64,000 bases of DNA from Octopus bimaculoides (lineage: Eukaryota): assembly GCF_001194135.2 (NCBI RefSeq), contig NC_068992.1:56548725-56612724 (forward strand), read 5' to 3'. The number at the start of each line of letters is the position of its first letter. Position 1 is the first letter of the stretch. A program made the position numbers and the translations under genes. Positions 1 through 12,935 of the stretch are shown piece by piece. Under the pieces are notes generated by a model that saw only the letters and a list, made by a program, of their open reading frames with translations, did not search any database and was not told where the DNA came from.

Positions 1-34
<34 letters not shown>

Positions 35-538
35 CACAAACACACGTTATATATATTAGCTTGTACTACATTAAGCGCATACGCAAATATATATTCAAAT
101 ATATACTATACTGTATTGCATATTGAAAAGATCATTTGCTTTTTGTAAGGACTGGTGGTTATTTAGAGTAATGCACGGGTTCTGATTCCAAATTTGTTCC
201 TATAATATGTCTCACGTAAAAGCTTTTTAGAAACGTATTTTTAAATGCGAATATATTGCATATAAAACGAAGATATTAGTTGAAGTGAATTTGCAAGTAT
301 AAGCCATAATAGCTAGTATAGTTATTATTTCTTAATGGAATGTCGAGATTTTTTTTCCACAACGCATAATTTGTCATATTTATTTATATCTTTATCAGAG
401 CATGTGTATCTTTGTAGTTTCGGGTTCTATTTCACTACATGGAACCTTGGGTTACTGTTTTCTACTCTAGTTCCAGGTTAACCTATGCGTTGAGTGGATT
501 TGGTAGACAAGCGCTGTGAAAACTCGTCGTGTATGCGT

Positions 539-539
539 G

Positions 540-625
<86 letters not shown>
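539..625. repeat. (TCTA)n tetranucleotide microsatellite
   Basis: Direct reading. Confidence 0.95.
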
Positions 626-1659
626 ATGCAGCCATCATATGTCATGTGTTTCATGCTAATTCAACGTTGGATTATGCATAGTTATTAAGAAGACTTTGTT
701 TTCAAAGTTGACTCAGTATATGCATTGCTTATGTAATAGCATTCTCTTCTTGGAGAACTAAACACATTTACTTTTCCTTTGTTGATGTCTTATTGGGCAC
801 CAACAACCGTCTGCGACTATATTTCTATTCTTCGGCCTGTATTAACTGTTTTCCTTCGTCTTCTTTTTATGTTTTGCTACTAAATGTCTTTTCCCTCTTT
901 ACTAACAACTCTCAAAATGTGTATGTGATATAAATAGCAGTGGGAGACATGTGCTTTGATATTCATGTTACACTTTAACCACTGCAAGCAAAAGCTTTAC
1001 AATTCTTCTTAGTTTTTAGATTTATTGTCGCCCTTTACATTTGCCGCAATTTCTGTGACTCATGCTCAGAAACTTTCTCAACAGCTTAAGTACCCAGATA
1101 ACCAATCTTTTATTAATCTCATTTTATTAGGCCCATCAACGCTTCCATTTGTCTTGACTTAAAGCAGAACATTTCCCTGTAGGTTTTTGAAAGTGTTTCT
1201 GTGCTAAAAGTATTGTGAAATTGATTCACCAACATTAATCAGATGAATTCTGTAAATAAGATATTTTCTAGATTCAAAGAGATGATGATTAATTCGTACC
1301 TTTAATGATCGTATTCTGTTCTTTCTGCTCGTTTCTTTCTGTCGCACAGGTATCATTTATCCCGTTTTTCTTATAAATACACACGGAATACAAAAAATAC
1401 ACACACACAAAATACAATCAAACAACAAAGACATTTGGTGAAATTGAAATAACCAATAATATAATCATTTCCAAATATCGTCATTTGTGTTCGAATATTT
1501 TAATGGTTTCGCAACTTCGATCTAGAGGTACAGAATATTCAATCGAAACAAGTAAACAGATTTCTTTTCCTCATCACATCATGCTTTAAAATGACTTTTG
1601 AATCTTCACCGATTCATAATAATATTTCATTACCATAACATCACAAAAATAGATAGTGT

Positions 1660-1842
1660 TCGGATCGTTAGAGCGTCGGAACAGATTGCTTTGCGGTACT
1701 TGTTCCGAAATTTTACGATCTGAGTATAACACCCTACTTAAACTTTCACCCTTTCGGGTCTGAAAAATAGGATACCAGTCATTGATGGTGCCGACTAATT
1801 CTCTCCCTCAAAGTTGCTCACTTTGTGCTTAAACTGGAAACC
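1660..1842 (+). mobile_element. SINE family B, old copy
   Basis: atcgttagagcgtcgga..caccctttcgggtc..aaaatagg.ataccagt..ttgtgc..gaaacc. Confidence 0.55.
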
Positions 1843-2886
1843 GTTAACATCGTGTTATTAAACGATATTGTCTTGCAACGGGTCTTTTCTCTACAGCTTT
1901 GTCAATGCAAAGTAAACATTATTCACAGGACTATTGTCGGAGCCAAACAGTACTTCTGAGGGCTTCAGGGGCTCTATTACACGCATTAAATCAAATAACT
2001 CAGTGTGGATGATAAGTGTTGGTTCTATTGTATTAACAAGCTGCGTATAAGTTTCAAAGTCAGTGTTTTCGTCCGACGCGCAGCTTTCCGATTCATGAAC
2101 CACATCGAACTTATTAAATGACAAACAGGAAATACAACACAGTGAGGTACAGGTTGTTTTTTTTTTGGGGGGGGGTCAAGGGAAAAGGTTTTTCTAATGC
2201 ATCTCCTATTTAGTTCTGGGAGCTCTGTCCACAAATATCTGGCGCGCAAAAGCTCATTCTTTATTATATACTTTTGGTTCATAGCCTCAAATTGGAAAGA
2301 CACAGTAAAAAAGTTATAGTTTTATTAATCGCTCAATTTCACTCCCTAATACCTGACATTGCGGCTTTTACAAATACTCTAACAATTTCCCATTGCTTTG
2401 CTATTGCAGAAGACATTAGGTTTACGCTTGCATTCCCCCCTCTTACTACCATCAGCCTTATGAAATTATAAATTTAACTTGATAATGTTAAACTACCTAC
2501 AAATACATTATCAAACTTTCTCTGGACCTGGATATCTGCAAATAAAATAATTTATGCTGAAAAAATATGGAAGTATAAAGAGTCATTTATATTAGTTTTG
2601 TCTACCAATAAGATTGAGAAATGAATTTCACTGAGATATATTTCAAATTGCTTTCCCACTTCATAACCTTTTAAATTCTACAAGTTCTTCTATTTAAGCT
2701 GTAGGTTATCTGTATAAAAATTTTTCTCAGACAATAAAACTTGTCAACTGATAATTTCTCTATTTTAAGAGCCGACACCAAATAATTACTTTCCTTAATG
2801 GCGTTAATTCTGGAAAATGTATTCTCGTACTTGCACTGCATGGTATCTAAGTGGTATTGCTATCCATTTTTATTATCAATCTATTT

Positions 2887-3099
2887 AGGTGGTGAGATGG
2901 CAAAATCGTTAGCACGCAAGGCAAAATGCTTTTACGTTCGTTTTCTGACTTAAAGTTCCTACGAGGTCGACCTCACTTTTCTATTTTTCCTTTTCGTAGT
3001 TGATAAAGTATGTTCCAGTTGAACAGTGGCGGCGATGTAATCGACTTCCTCCCTTTTCCGAACCTGCTGGTTTTGTGCCAAAAGCTTGAAACCATTATT
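2887..3099 (+). mobile_element. SINE family B (ggcggcgagctggcagaatcgttagcacg.. head)
   Basis: Head, B-box-like region, gtcgac..ttgataaa..ccagtt, gatgtaatcgac, tail ttgtgccaaaa..gaaaccattatt. Confidence 0.75.
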
Positions 3100-3562
3100 A
3101 ATCTATTACTACCTTCTAACACATGTATTCAACTTAGAATTGCTTAAATTAGAATTGGTTAAATTCAACTTAGAATTGCTTAAATTAGAAGCAGTTAGTG
3201 GTTGATAACGAAGCAGCTAAAGCCTCTAGGCTTAGTAGTAAATTAATTTATTTTACAACATAAATAAAAAAAATACTTGCAGGAAGAAATTCAGTTTTTA
3301 GTGATAGAATAGTGTCAGAGCAAGAAACAGCACAGTTGGTAATTTTCCTCAAGTGTCAAAAATGTGGAATTTTGAATTTCAAGTCTGTAGTGTTTAGCGA
3401 TAACATTTGGTTTAACAGACAAAAAAAGAGGGTGCCATATTAACAAGCAGTTCCCCAACAATGATCTCCAAATCACATTAGTTTTGCAGAAAACAGGTAT
3501 TATATACAAACACAAGCATGCACATATTTATATAATTATGTATATGTATGTATATATATGTA

Positions 3563-3871
3563 TTCTTTTATTCTTCTACTTGTTTTAGTCATTTGACTGC
3601 AGCCATACTGGAGCACCGCCTTGGGTCGGAGCAATCGACCCCAGGACTTATTCTTTGTAAGCCTAGTACTTATTCTATCTGTCTCTGTTGCCGAACCGCT
3701 AAGTTACGGGGACGTAAACACACCAACATCAGTTGTCAAGCGATGGTGGGCGACAAACACAGACACGCAGACGCATATATATATATATACAACAGGCTTC
3801 TTTCAGTTTCCGTCTTCAAATCCACTCACAACGATTTGGTTGGCCCGAGGCTACTGAAGAAGCTACCTGCC
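3563..3871 (-). mobile_element. SINE family A, 5' end lost in a gap
   Basis: Collinear with 31869-32190, including the internal microsatellite. Confidence 0.85.
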
Positions 3872-4004
3872 NNNNNNNNNNNNNNNNNNNNNNNNNNNNN
3901 NNNNNNNNNNNNNNNNNNNNNNNNNNNNNNNNNNNNNNNNNNNNNNNNNNNNNNNNNNNNNNNNNNNNNNNNNNNNNNNNNNNNNNNNNNNNNNNNNNNN
4001 NNNN

Positions 4005-4036
<32 letters not shown>

Positions 4037-4138
4037 GCATACACATATGTATATATATATATTTGTATGTGTATATATGTGTGTGTGTGTGTGTGTATGT
4101 ATGCAAAGTATATGTACCTATATAAATACAAATGCATA

Positions 4139-4194
<56 letters not shown>

Positions 4195-4825
4195 CACGCA
4201 CATTTTAAACTTAACTTTAGTTTCACTACAAAAACAAAATCTAGATTTTAGGTATGTAGTGCTCAAAAATCAATTGTCTGTATCTTTTACTTCTCATAAG
4301 GTGTCATTATTTTCCAGCAACTAATATTTGTAAATACATTTTTATTGTATGCAATAAGTTAGCCGTATCACAACACAGCGTACTATTTTCCTTTTATATC
4401 CTGTATGATGTTGCTGCCAATTTATATTCTCTTCAATATTTAAAGATTAACACTTCTTGATACCTTCCTCTCAAAATAAAATTTAAAGATTTATTGTAAG
4501 TATTAAGTGTTGAAAGCAATGAAGTCGTATAAGTATACTGCTGTTCAAAATATTGGATAAGAAAAAAATTAATAGCTTTTATAAGTAATCTATAGTATTT
4601 TTTGTGGAGAAAAGCATTCTTCAAAGACCAGTTAATGTTTAAGTGAATTTTTTTAATATTTATCTCACTGTTTGTTATATATGATTTCTTGCAGCGAAAT
4701 ATTGTCATACAGTTTCTCTTTCGTAACAAACTTAATAATAATAATAATTGTTTCTGAATAAGACAGAAGGTCCCAATTGTTTTTGTTTTGGAGAGTATGG
4801 TGGTGAAAGGTGTTGTGGTGGGCAA

Positions 4826-5098
4826 CAGTCATTTATATCAGTATATCGACCCGAATACATAACTGGTGTTTTATCGGCCTCGAACCTATAAAAATCAAAT
4901 TTAACCTATGCAGAAAGTACGGAAACGGAGATGAAAGTATCAACCATCTTTTATATGCGTGCAGGAAGCCAGCACGCAACTGGTACATATTTTATTGACC
5001 ACGAAAGTCAACCTCGGCGGAATTAGAACTCAGAAGATAAAGACGAACGAAATATCGTTAAGTATTTTTTCCTGTTTGCTAACTATTCTGCCAGCTAT
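4826..5098 (-). mobile_element. SINE family B, two adjacent fragments
   Basis: aactggtac..gtcaacctcggcggaatt.gaactcagaa..gacgaacgaaat..gctaac.attctgccagct. Confidence 0.7.
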
Positions 5099-5164
5099 TC
5101 TGCATTGTTGGATTTCGCATTATAATAAATTCTCTAGGAACTGGTGTTCTGGAAGACAAGCAAG

Positions 5165-5335
5165 TCCTACGAAATCATTAGCGACAGTTCTAAGGTAAGA
5201 TCCCGCTGAAGTCGAACTTTGCCAGTCATTCTTTCGAAGTCTTTCAAATGGATACCAGTGAAGCCCAGAGGGTGATGTGAGAGACTTTCTCCTACTCTCT
5301 TTTGCTGGATTTGTTCCAAAGTTAGAAAGACGTAT
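5165..5335 (+). mobile_element. SINE family B, old copy
   Basis: gtcgaactttgcc..attctttcgaagtc..gataccagt..gatgtga..gact. Confidence 0.4.
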
Positions 5336-5341
5336 GTAATA

Positions 5342-5342
5342 C

Positions 5343-5373
<31 letters not shown>

Positions 5374-5451
5374 GCATATGCATATATGCACACACATATA
5401 CACACACACGCACGCACTCACGCACGCACACTCTCTCATACACACAAACAC

Positions 5452-5535
<84 letters not shown>
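5342..5535. repeat. Compound (CA)n/(TA)n microsatellite
   Basis: Direct reading. Confidence 0.95.
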
Positions 5536-5539
<4 letters not shown>

Positions 5540-6754
5540 GACTGTTGCACGATTCTGCTGTCATCAATAATATTTAGGTCTACTTCTTTAACAAAGAACG
5601 TTCCTTAATTAGTAATATTTATATATGATGAAGGCGTCAATATTTATTTTGTATCACAAATATAGCTATTTTGAATCTAAACTGAAAATTAAAAGCGCTT
5701 AGCATAATTACTTCAGTAGCAATTCTAAATATATACTTTAGATAAATAGAGTAATTAAATTGATGTCAAATTTTTGATTTATATGTTTATATGTGAATAT
5801 GATTAATGCAGGTGCCACAGTGTTATGGGTGCGCGCGCATGTATAAGCATAACGAGCACACACACCGCACACATATACGTACACATACATGCACACATAC
5901 ATACATATGTATATATAGTATACATATATATATTATTCATATATATATATATATATATATANNNNNNNNNNNNNNNNNNNNNNNNNNNNNNNNNNNNNNN
6001 NNNNNNNNNNNNNNNNNNNNNNNNNNNNNNNNNNNNNNNNNNNNNNNNNNNNNNNNNNNNNNNNNNNNNNNNNNNNNNNNNNNNNNNNNNNNNNNNNNNN
6101 NNNNNNNNNNNNNNNNNNNNNNNNNNNNNNNNNNNNNNNNNNNNNNNNNNNNNNNNNNNNNNNNNNNNNNNNNNNNNNNNNNNNNNNNNNNNNNNNNNNN
6201 NNNNNNNNNNNNNNNNNNNNNNNNNNNNNNNNNNNNNNNNNNNNNNNNNNNNNNNNNNNNNNNNNNNNNNNNNNNNNNNNNNNNNNNNNNNNNNNNNNNN
6301 NNNNNNNNNNNNNNNNNNNNNNNNNNNNNNNNNNNNNNNNNNNNNNNNNNNNNNNNNNNNNNNNNNNNNNNNNNNNNNNNNNNNNNNNNNNNNNNNNNNN
6401 NNNNNNNNNNNNNNNNNNNNNNNNNNNNNNNNNNNNNNNNNNNNNNNNNNNNNNNNNNNNNNNNNNNNNNNNNNNNNNNNNNNNNNNNNNNNNNNNNNNN
6501 NNNNNNNNNNNNNNNNNNNNNNNNNNNNNNNNNNNNNNNNNNNNNNNNNNNNNNNNNNNNNNNNNNNNNNNNNNNNNNNNNNNNNNNNNNNNNNNNNNNN
6601 NNNNNNNNNNNNNNNNNNNNNNNNNNNNNNNNNNNNNNNNNNNNNNNATATATATATTTATATATATATAAGCTCAGCATTTTTAGGTCATTTGGTTATA
6701 TTTATAAACATTATATGTAGTGTTAGACAGTTTAAGTATGAAATTGATGGATGG

Positions 6755-6822
6755 GCGTTTGGCCAATCGGATGTGCAAAGAGCCGTGTAAGCGTTAATTT
6801 GTGGGTTCAATTCTTCCTAATG
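6755..6822 (+). promoter_or_regulatory. Orphan tRNA-like Pol III internal promoter (SINE head remnant)
   Basis: A-box-like tggccaatcgg and B-box-like ggttcaattc with tRNA-like spacing. Confidence 0.3.
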
Positions 6823-7067
6823 TTAGCTCATCATTTTCAGGCATTTGTTTGTATTTAAAAATCGTCGCTTCAAATGGGTGAATAAATATTATTATGATAC
6901 ATTATTATAGTTTTTATTATAATATGTAGCTTTCCATAGTAGCTTTCTCTCCGTAACTTACAAAGCGTTTCGGATTTGTTTATAAATATTATTTATTTAT
7001 GTATGTGTTATATGTGTGTATATATGTATATATATATATACATATATACACTCACACACATGTATAT

Positions 7068-7250
7068 AGATGGCTGCGTGGTTAAAGAGCTCGCAGTTTC
7101 GTGTTGTTTCATGTGAGTGTGCGTATTTTTATCTATGTTTGTATATATATGTATATATAGTATACATATATATATATTATTCATATTATCACGGTGGTGC
7201 ACCAGCATGACCGCAGCCACTTGGCTGAAACACATAAATAAATAAATAAA
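7068..7250 (+). mobile_element. SINE family A remnant (head and tail pieces)
   Basis: gatggctgcgtggttaaagagctcgc head; ggtggtgcaccagcatgaccgcagcc..gctgaaaca tail. Confidence 0.45.
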
Positions 7251-7589
7251 TATGTTTGTATATATATTATTTAAAAGAAAGGTGGTTTTCTTCTGTTGGT
7301 TGTGTTTCCTTGCATTCGGTACTAAAAATGTGTTTATTTTGAGAAGTCCAGTGTGTGGCATTATTATTCTGTAGTAATGCCTCTTATATAAATATATTTA
7401 AATATATATATATGCGTTGGGTGTATGTATCTATTCATGAATGTTAATGTCCATGGTTAACAATGGCATCAGCTTCATGGATGCTGTGATTTCCGTGTTG
7501 TACACCGAGTGACAGTAAGTAAGAGACTTGATAAAATGTATGATTGTAGGAGTCTACAGAGGATACAAAAATGGATTACGTGGGAAGAG

Positions 7590-8400
7590 TGACATTATGA
7601 CAAAGAGATAGAGAATGAGAGTGACATAGTGGGGGACAAAAGCTGTTATTGAGAGAATGGGACAAAGCAAAGGAAGGATTGGGGGAGGAGAGAGAGACAG
7701 AGACAGACAGACAGACTAAGACAGGGAGAGAGAAGCAGAGAAAGAAAGAAACAGAGAGTAGCAGAGAGGCAGATAGATAGAAAGAATGACACAGGGAGAG
7801 AGAGAGAAAAAAGCGAGACAGAAAATCAGAGAGACAGATAAACCGAATGAGACAGGGAGAGAAAAAGAAAGTGAGAGGGAGAGAGTGAGAAGCAGGGAGA
7901 CAGCTAGATAGACAGAATGAGACAGGGAGAGAGAGAGAGAAAGAGAGAGAAAGAGAGAGAAGCAGAGAGACAATTAAATAGATAGAATCAGACATGGAGA
8001 AAGAAGGAGAGAGAGAGAGAGAGAGAGAGAAGCAGAGAGACAATTAAATAGATAGAATCAGACATGGAGAAAGAAGGAGAGAGAGAGAGAGAGAGAGAGG
8101 TGGGAAAGAGAGACAAACAATGAGACAGATAGACAGAATGAAACAGAGAGAGAGAGAGAGAGCGCGAGAAAGAGAGAGAGAGGCAGAGGGACATAGACGG
8201 AATGAGACAGGGAGAGAGAGTGTAAAAGATGGAGAAGAATGAACTAAGAATATTTTTGTTTTCCAAATCATAACGACACATGCACGAGGGGTCAGAGGCA
8301 TTTAGTGTGTTAGTATAATTGCTCGCGTGCCTTTCTCTGAGTGTGTGTTTGTGAGAGAAAGAGAGAGAGTGAGAGAGAGAAAGAGTGAGAATGAGAGAGA
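7590..8400. repeat. Purine-rich (GA/GACA) minisatellite with 60-70 bp higher-order units
   Basis: Near-exact 70-bp tandem at 7961-8030 and 8031-8100; recurring gatagatag..aatgagacagggagagag. Confidence 0.9.
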
Positions 8401-9365
8401 AATAAGGGGAGTAAGAAAGACTGATTCAGTTAACTCCGATAGAAATACAGCAAGCATAGTATCGTAATAAAATTTATGACCAACGAAACAGGTGCAATAT
8501 CACGTGGACATGAACCACGCTAAAAGTACAAGATGTAATTTAGTCTCATTGTTAGCCATGTTCTATAATGATCCAATAATTGATAAAATGATTAAAAAAA
8601 AAATTACATTTATATTTTCGTTTTGCAAGATTCTTAATGTGAACTCGTGTGTTGAAACAGATATTGTTGTATTTGGGGTTAGTCATGTTGCCAGTTTAGC
8701 CGATAAAAACACACGCACTATATATTTGGTGTTAAAGGTTGTGTCACCTCTGTCTAAGTTCTAAAAAATAGTCACTTGTACAGATTTTATTTGTTACCCA
8801 ACACATAGTTGCAAAACATTACTATTCACCATCTGCAGTTATTGTCCATCTAAACAAGCGACATTTATCAAAGAGTTGGAAAACGTGATTTACGGAATTT
8901 CGAACATCTAATCTGATGGAAGAGATTGAATTTATTGACCATTTATTAATTTATTGTATTCGGAGACACAATTTCAAATAGTATTATAAAAATCAATTAA
9001 GATTGACAGTTTAGAAACCGCTTTTAAAAGATTATTTATCTGAATAAACAACTATTCTGTAATTTTATTTTTTCAAGTCATAAATAATAAATGATAATCC
9101 CTCGAAAACTTGATGGCAGTTTATTAACATTGATAATTTTCTAGATTGTTAAGCTCACCTGTAAACTGTATATTTAGATAACATTTCGATTAGTTGTGTC
9201 CCACTTGTTTTATTTTTGCATATATACATGCGTCTGGCTTAGATTCATAACACAGAACGTATATTTTCATGGGTGAAGTGTAGTGTCGTCCTTATTTACC
9301 TAACTATCTTTACAATTTGAAAATATTTGAATTTACTCCTCAATAGTTTCTGATTTAAGCAGAAA

Positions 9366-9566
9366 GCCAACCATTTTGAGGGAAAGCTATTAGTCGATAC
9401 TATCAACAACAATACTAGGATGTTATTTTATTTCATCGACATCGTAAGAATGAAAAGCAGACTTGACATCAGCAGTATTTAAACTTTAAACTCTGAAAGT
9501 TAAGAACCAGGACAAATAACGTAAGACCTTTCCCCAACGCTCTAAAGTTTCTGATCGATCGGCGCC
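9366..9566 (-). mobile_element. SINE family B, old copy
   Basis: tagtcgatac..catcgacatcgtaagaatgaaaagcagacttgac. Confidence 0.5.
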
Positions 9567-10292
9567 TTATACTTCTTAAAAATGGCTGCTATATTATGAT
9601 GACGTTAGCACTGATTTACACTTTTTTGTGCGTGTGACAATAGTAAGCGGAACACATCTTTTGAAGTTTAATTGCAAAACTTTTATGTATAATAGAAACA
9701 TTCAACAACAGTATTTTTTTATTTCATTTAGTACACAAAATTATATTTCTGTATAATTCCTACGATATATTTGTTTCTCCCCTACGAAATGTAAGGATCG
9801 GTCCATTCTTTATTGTAGCATATTCACAAATCATACAGATATTATAATCTTACCTCCCCTTGATATGTTTAAATTTGTGGAAGAATCTACACGGCGTGCG
9901 ACTTCTTTTCAACATATCTCTGCTGAACGAAAATATTTCATCAACTTAATCGATCGAAGTAATTGTCTCGCGGTTCGATATTTCATCGATCCTGAGGAAA
10001 TGAAAGAAACAGTCGACCCTGATATGATTTGAAATTAAAACAAAGAGGATGATATTAATGTTGCGCACAACAAACATCGAATACAATTGAATAGCTAAAA
10101 CAAACAGCAGAGCTGAGTTACTTTTCAAATAAAAGGGAAAGCGTTGAAACATCTTTCTTGAAAAACTTTGTAATTAATTCGCAAAAATGTCATTGACAAA
10201 AGTGCGCGTGCGAAATAACAAATAAAAGGGGCATTGACTACAAAATGAAAACACATGGCCTGGTGATTGTAGCGTTCAGTTAACGATCATAA

Positions 10293-10499
10293 CGATTTCT
10301 AATTTTGGCACAGGTCAGAAATTCAGGCCGGAGTGAAGTCGATTACATTGACCTCAGTTTTCAATTGGTAATTACTTTACGGACGACGAAACGTTGAAAG
10401 TCAAAGTTGACCTCGGTGGAATTTGAACACAGAACGTAAAGGCGGACGAAATGCTGCTAAACATTTTGTCTGGTGTGCTAACGATTCTACTAGCTCGCC
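10293..10499 (-). mobile_element. SINE family B
   Basis: aattttggcaca..gtcgattacattgacc..caaagttgacctcggtggaatttgaac.cagaacgtaa..gctaacgattct..agctcgcc. Confidence 0.8.
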
Positions 10500-11959
10500 T
10501 CATTTCTATTAAAATATCCAAGCTGGTGCCTGGATATTTTGTTCTTGAGCCAACCTCTTCATTTCTCAGGGATCCAGTTAAATCAGTTGAAAATGAATTC
10601 TACTGTCACAACCCGAATGTGTTGCTGGGTCAAAGAATGCGAGAATTGAAAGTGTTTCTACGCCTGCTAATGATTACATAAATACATAAAAGAGGTATAA
10701 CAATTTATCAAAATAAAGATAATGTATCGTGAAGAATTTTAATAGCATTCTAAATGATGTTGCAGAGGGGTTTAGTTTAAAAATTTAGATACGAATTTAA
10801 AATAATTTTAACACTGAAGTTCTAAATTGCAAGTGTGAAAATGTCATAAATATTACAGTTGCAATTTTCGAATTCCTGTTAATTATATCCATATATTACA
10901 TTAAAATATTATTATTTCCTGGAATCAGAATCCTAATTACCTGACTTCTAAATGAAATATCAAATTTTATATTTCTTCGTTTAAATGATTTTACTCTACA
11001 GTTGCTCAACAATAGATTTCATCTCTGATCCTGAAGTTGAGAGCAAAATAATTACATCAGATTAAAGGTTTCTGTTGTAATTAAACACATATATGCTACA
11101 TTTTTATCACAATTTTCTAGTAATCGCATACAACATGGTAAATCGTATTTTCACCGGCGCTTTGTCAAGGTTGTTCGCTTTAAGACTTGGACAAGCACAC
11201 TAAGCATTTAACTTCTATATTTGTTAATACTATGATGAAGTCTTGAATATTATCTCTGAATTTGAATTAATATGATAATAATATAGAAGCTAGAAAATAT
11301 ATCTATTCCCACAACCATCGCTGCTTTGCGCATATGTACAGACAGAGACACACACTCGCACACAAAGATATAAACATATACACACAAATGCACGGATACT
11401 GAAACACAAATATTTGTACTATTACATGCATATGTATGTACATGTACGGAATAACGTGAATATGTTCATAGATACACGCACGCACACACACTAACATATG
11501 TGTGTGTATTTGAATACATAAATAAGTTTTTATATATACATATATATGTACATGTGTGTGGTTTGTGTATGTGCACTCACATTCACACACATACACACGC
11601 ACACACATGCATTCATACACATTTAAACATGTGTATGTAAATGTGCGAGTACGTGCATATCTCTGCATAATATTCTTTTCATGAGTGCATATCTATGCAT
11701 ATATACACAAAGCCCACGCACACACATACACGCACACACACAGAAGCATACACAGCATCGAACTCTACAATGGCAATGATGTTGATAATTAAGACGATGT
11801 TGATTAGGACCATGATGGTGATTACAAGACGAGGTTATTGTTTTAAAATTTTGTATATCTGTGTTGATATAAAAACAGAACACGCTGGGTATAGGCATTG
11901 TTCCTAATATGCTTTCCAGCTAAATTATTGATTAACAACAGATTTCACAATTGATTTCT

Positions 11960-12125
11960 ACAAAATGATGATGACGACGATGACGACGATTATGATGTCA
12001 ACAATAATAATAATAATAATAATTATGACGATGATGATGATGATAATAATAATAATAGTAATGATGGTAATAATTAATAATAATAGTAATGATGGTAATA
12101 ATAACATCAACAACAGTAATGATAA
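11960..12125. repeat. Degenerate (ATG/ACG/AAT)n trinucleotide array
   Basis: Direct reading. Confidence 0.9.
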
Positions 12126-12901
12126 ACAAAAAGATAAAACACAGACCTTTCCAACAAACAAAGCCTGGCTTCCCTTATAGCAAACAATACACGTTTTTAT
12201 TCATAATACTGATACACAGGCGAGCTATAGAAAAACAATTTAAAATCCAAAAATCAAATTAAGAACAAAATTGAAAGAAGGCCGAAACCTATACCAGATT
12301 GTCATTTGTAATTGTAACAGAACCAAATGTAATGGCGAAGGAAGAAAATACGAAAGTAAAAAGTGTTCTTTGAATGCAGGCTATTGTTTTTGACTATAAA
12401 GGATATTAAATTCACGAAAGAAGAGAAGTTGGTGTGTTTCGAGGGAAGATGTAGGTTATGATTTCAATGACAAGAGTAGTGTGAGGGAAAGAATGAAAAA
12501 CATCAAGAATAAAGTACGGGTGAACGAGGATGGCTTGACCAGAGGCATGCTCTGAGGACAATGGATTGAGTGAGACGAAGTAAACAAAATGGTAAAAAAC
12601 AACTTAATGGCTTCAAATTTTGACACAAGACCAGCAATCTTAGGGATCGACCCATATTGCTTAACTGGTATTTACGGTATCGACCACAAAATAAGGGGAT
12701 GCAGGAGAGCATCATAAGAGGGATGAGTCTCACGATTTTCATGGGCATTACCTACCATAAGTATGGCTACTTCAGTAGATGTGGGCTCATTAAAACGGCG
12801 TAAAACACACACACACACATACACACACGCACACACACACAAAGACACACACACACACGCTTGCACACAAACACACACGCTTGCACACAAACACACGCTT
12901 G

Positions 12902-12935
<34 letters not shown>

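Noticed and set aside
3129-3193. 36-bp tandem duplication, plus similar small duplications at about 12858-12905, 24571-24599, 44465-44545 and 60462-60512
   Set aside because: Ordinary slippage duplications; no spacer structure, so not CRISPR-like.
4433-4825. 130-aa minus-strand ORF
   Set aside because: AT-biased I/K/N/L/F composition, includes an (ATT)n stretch, and has no motif or clean splice sites.
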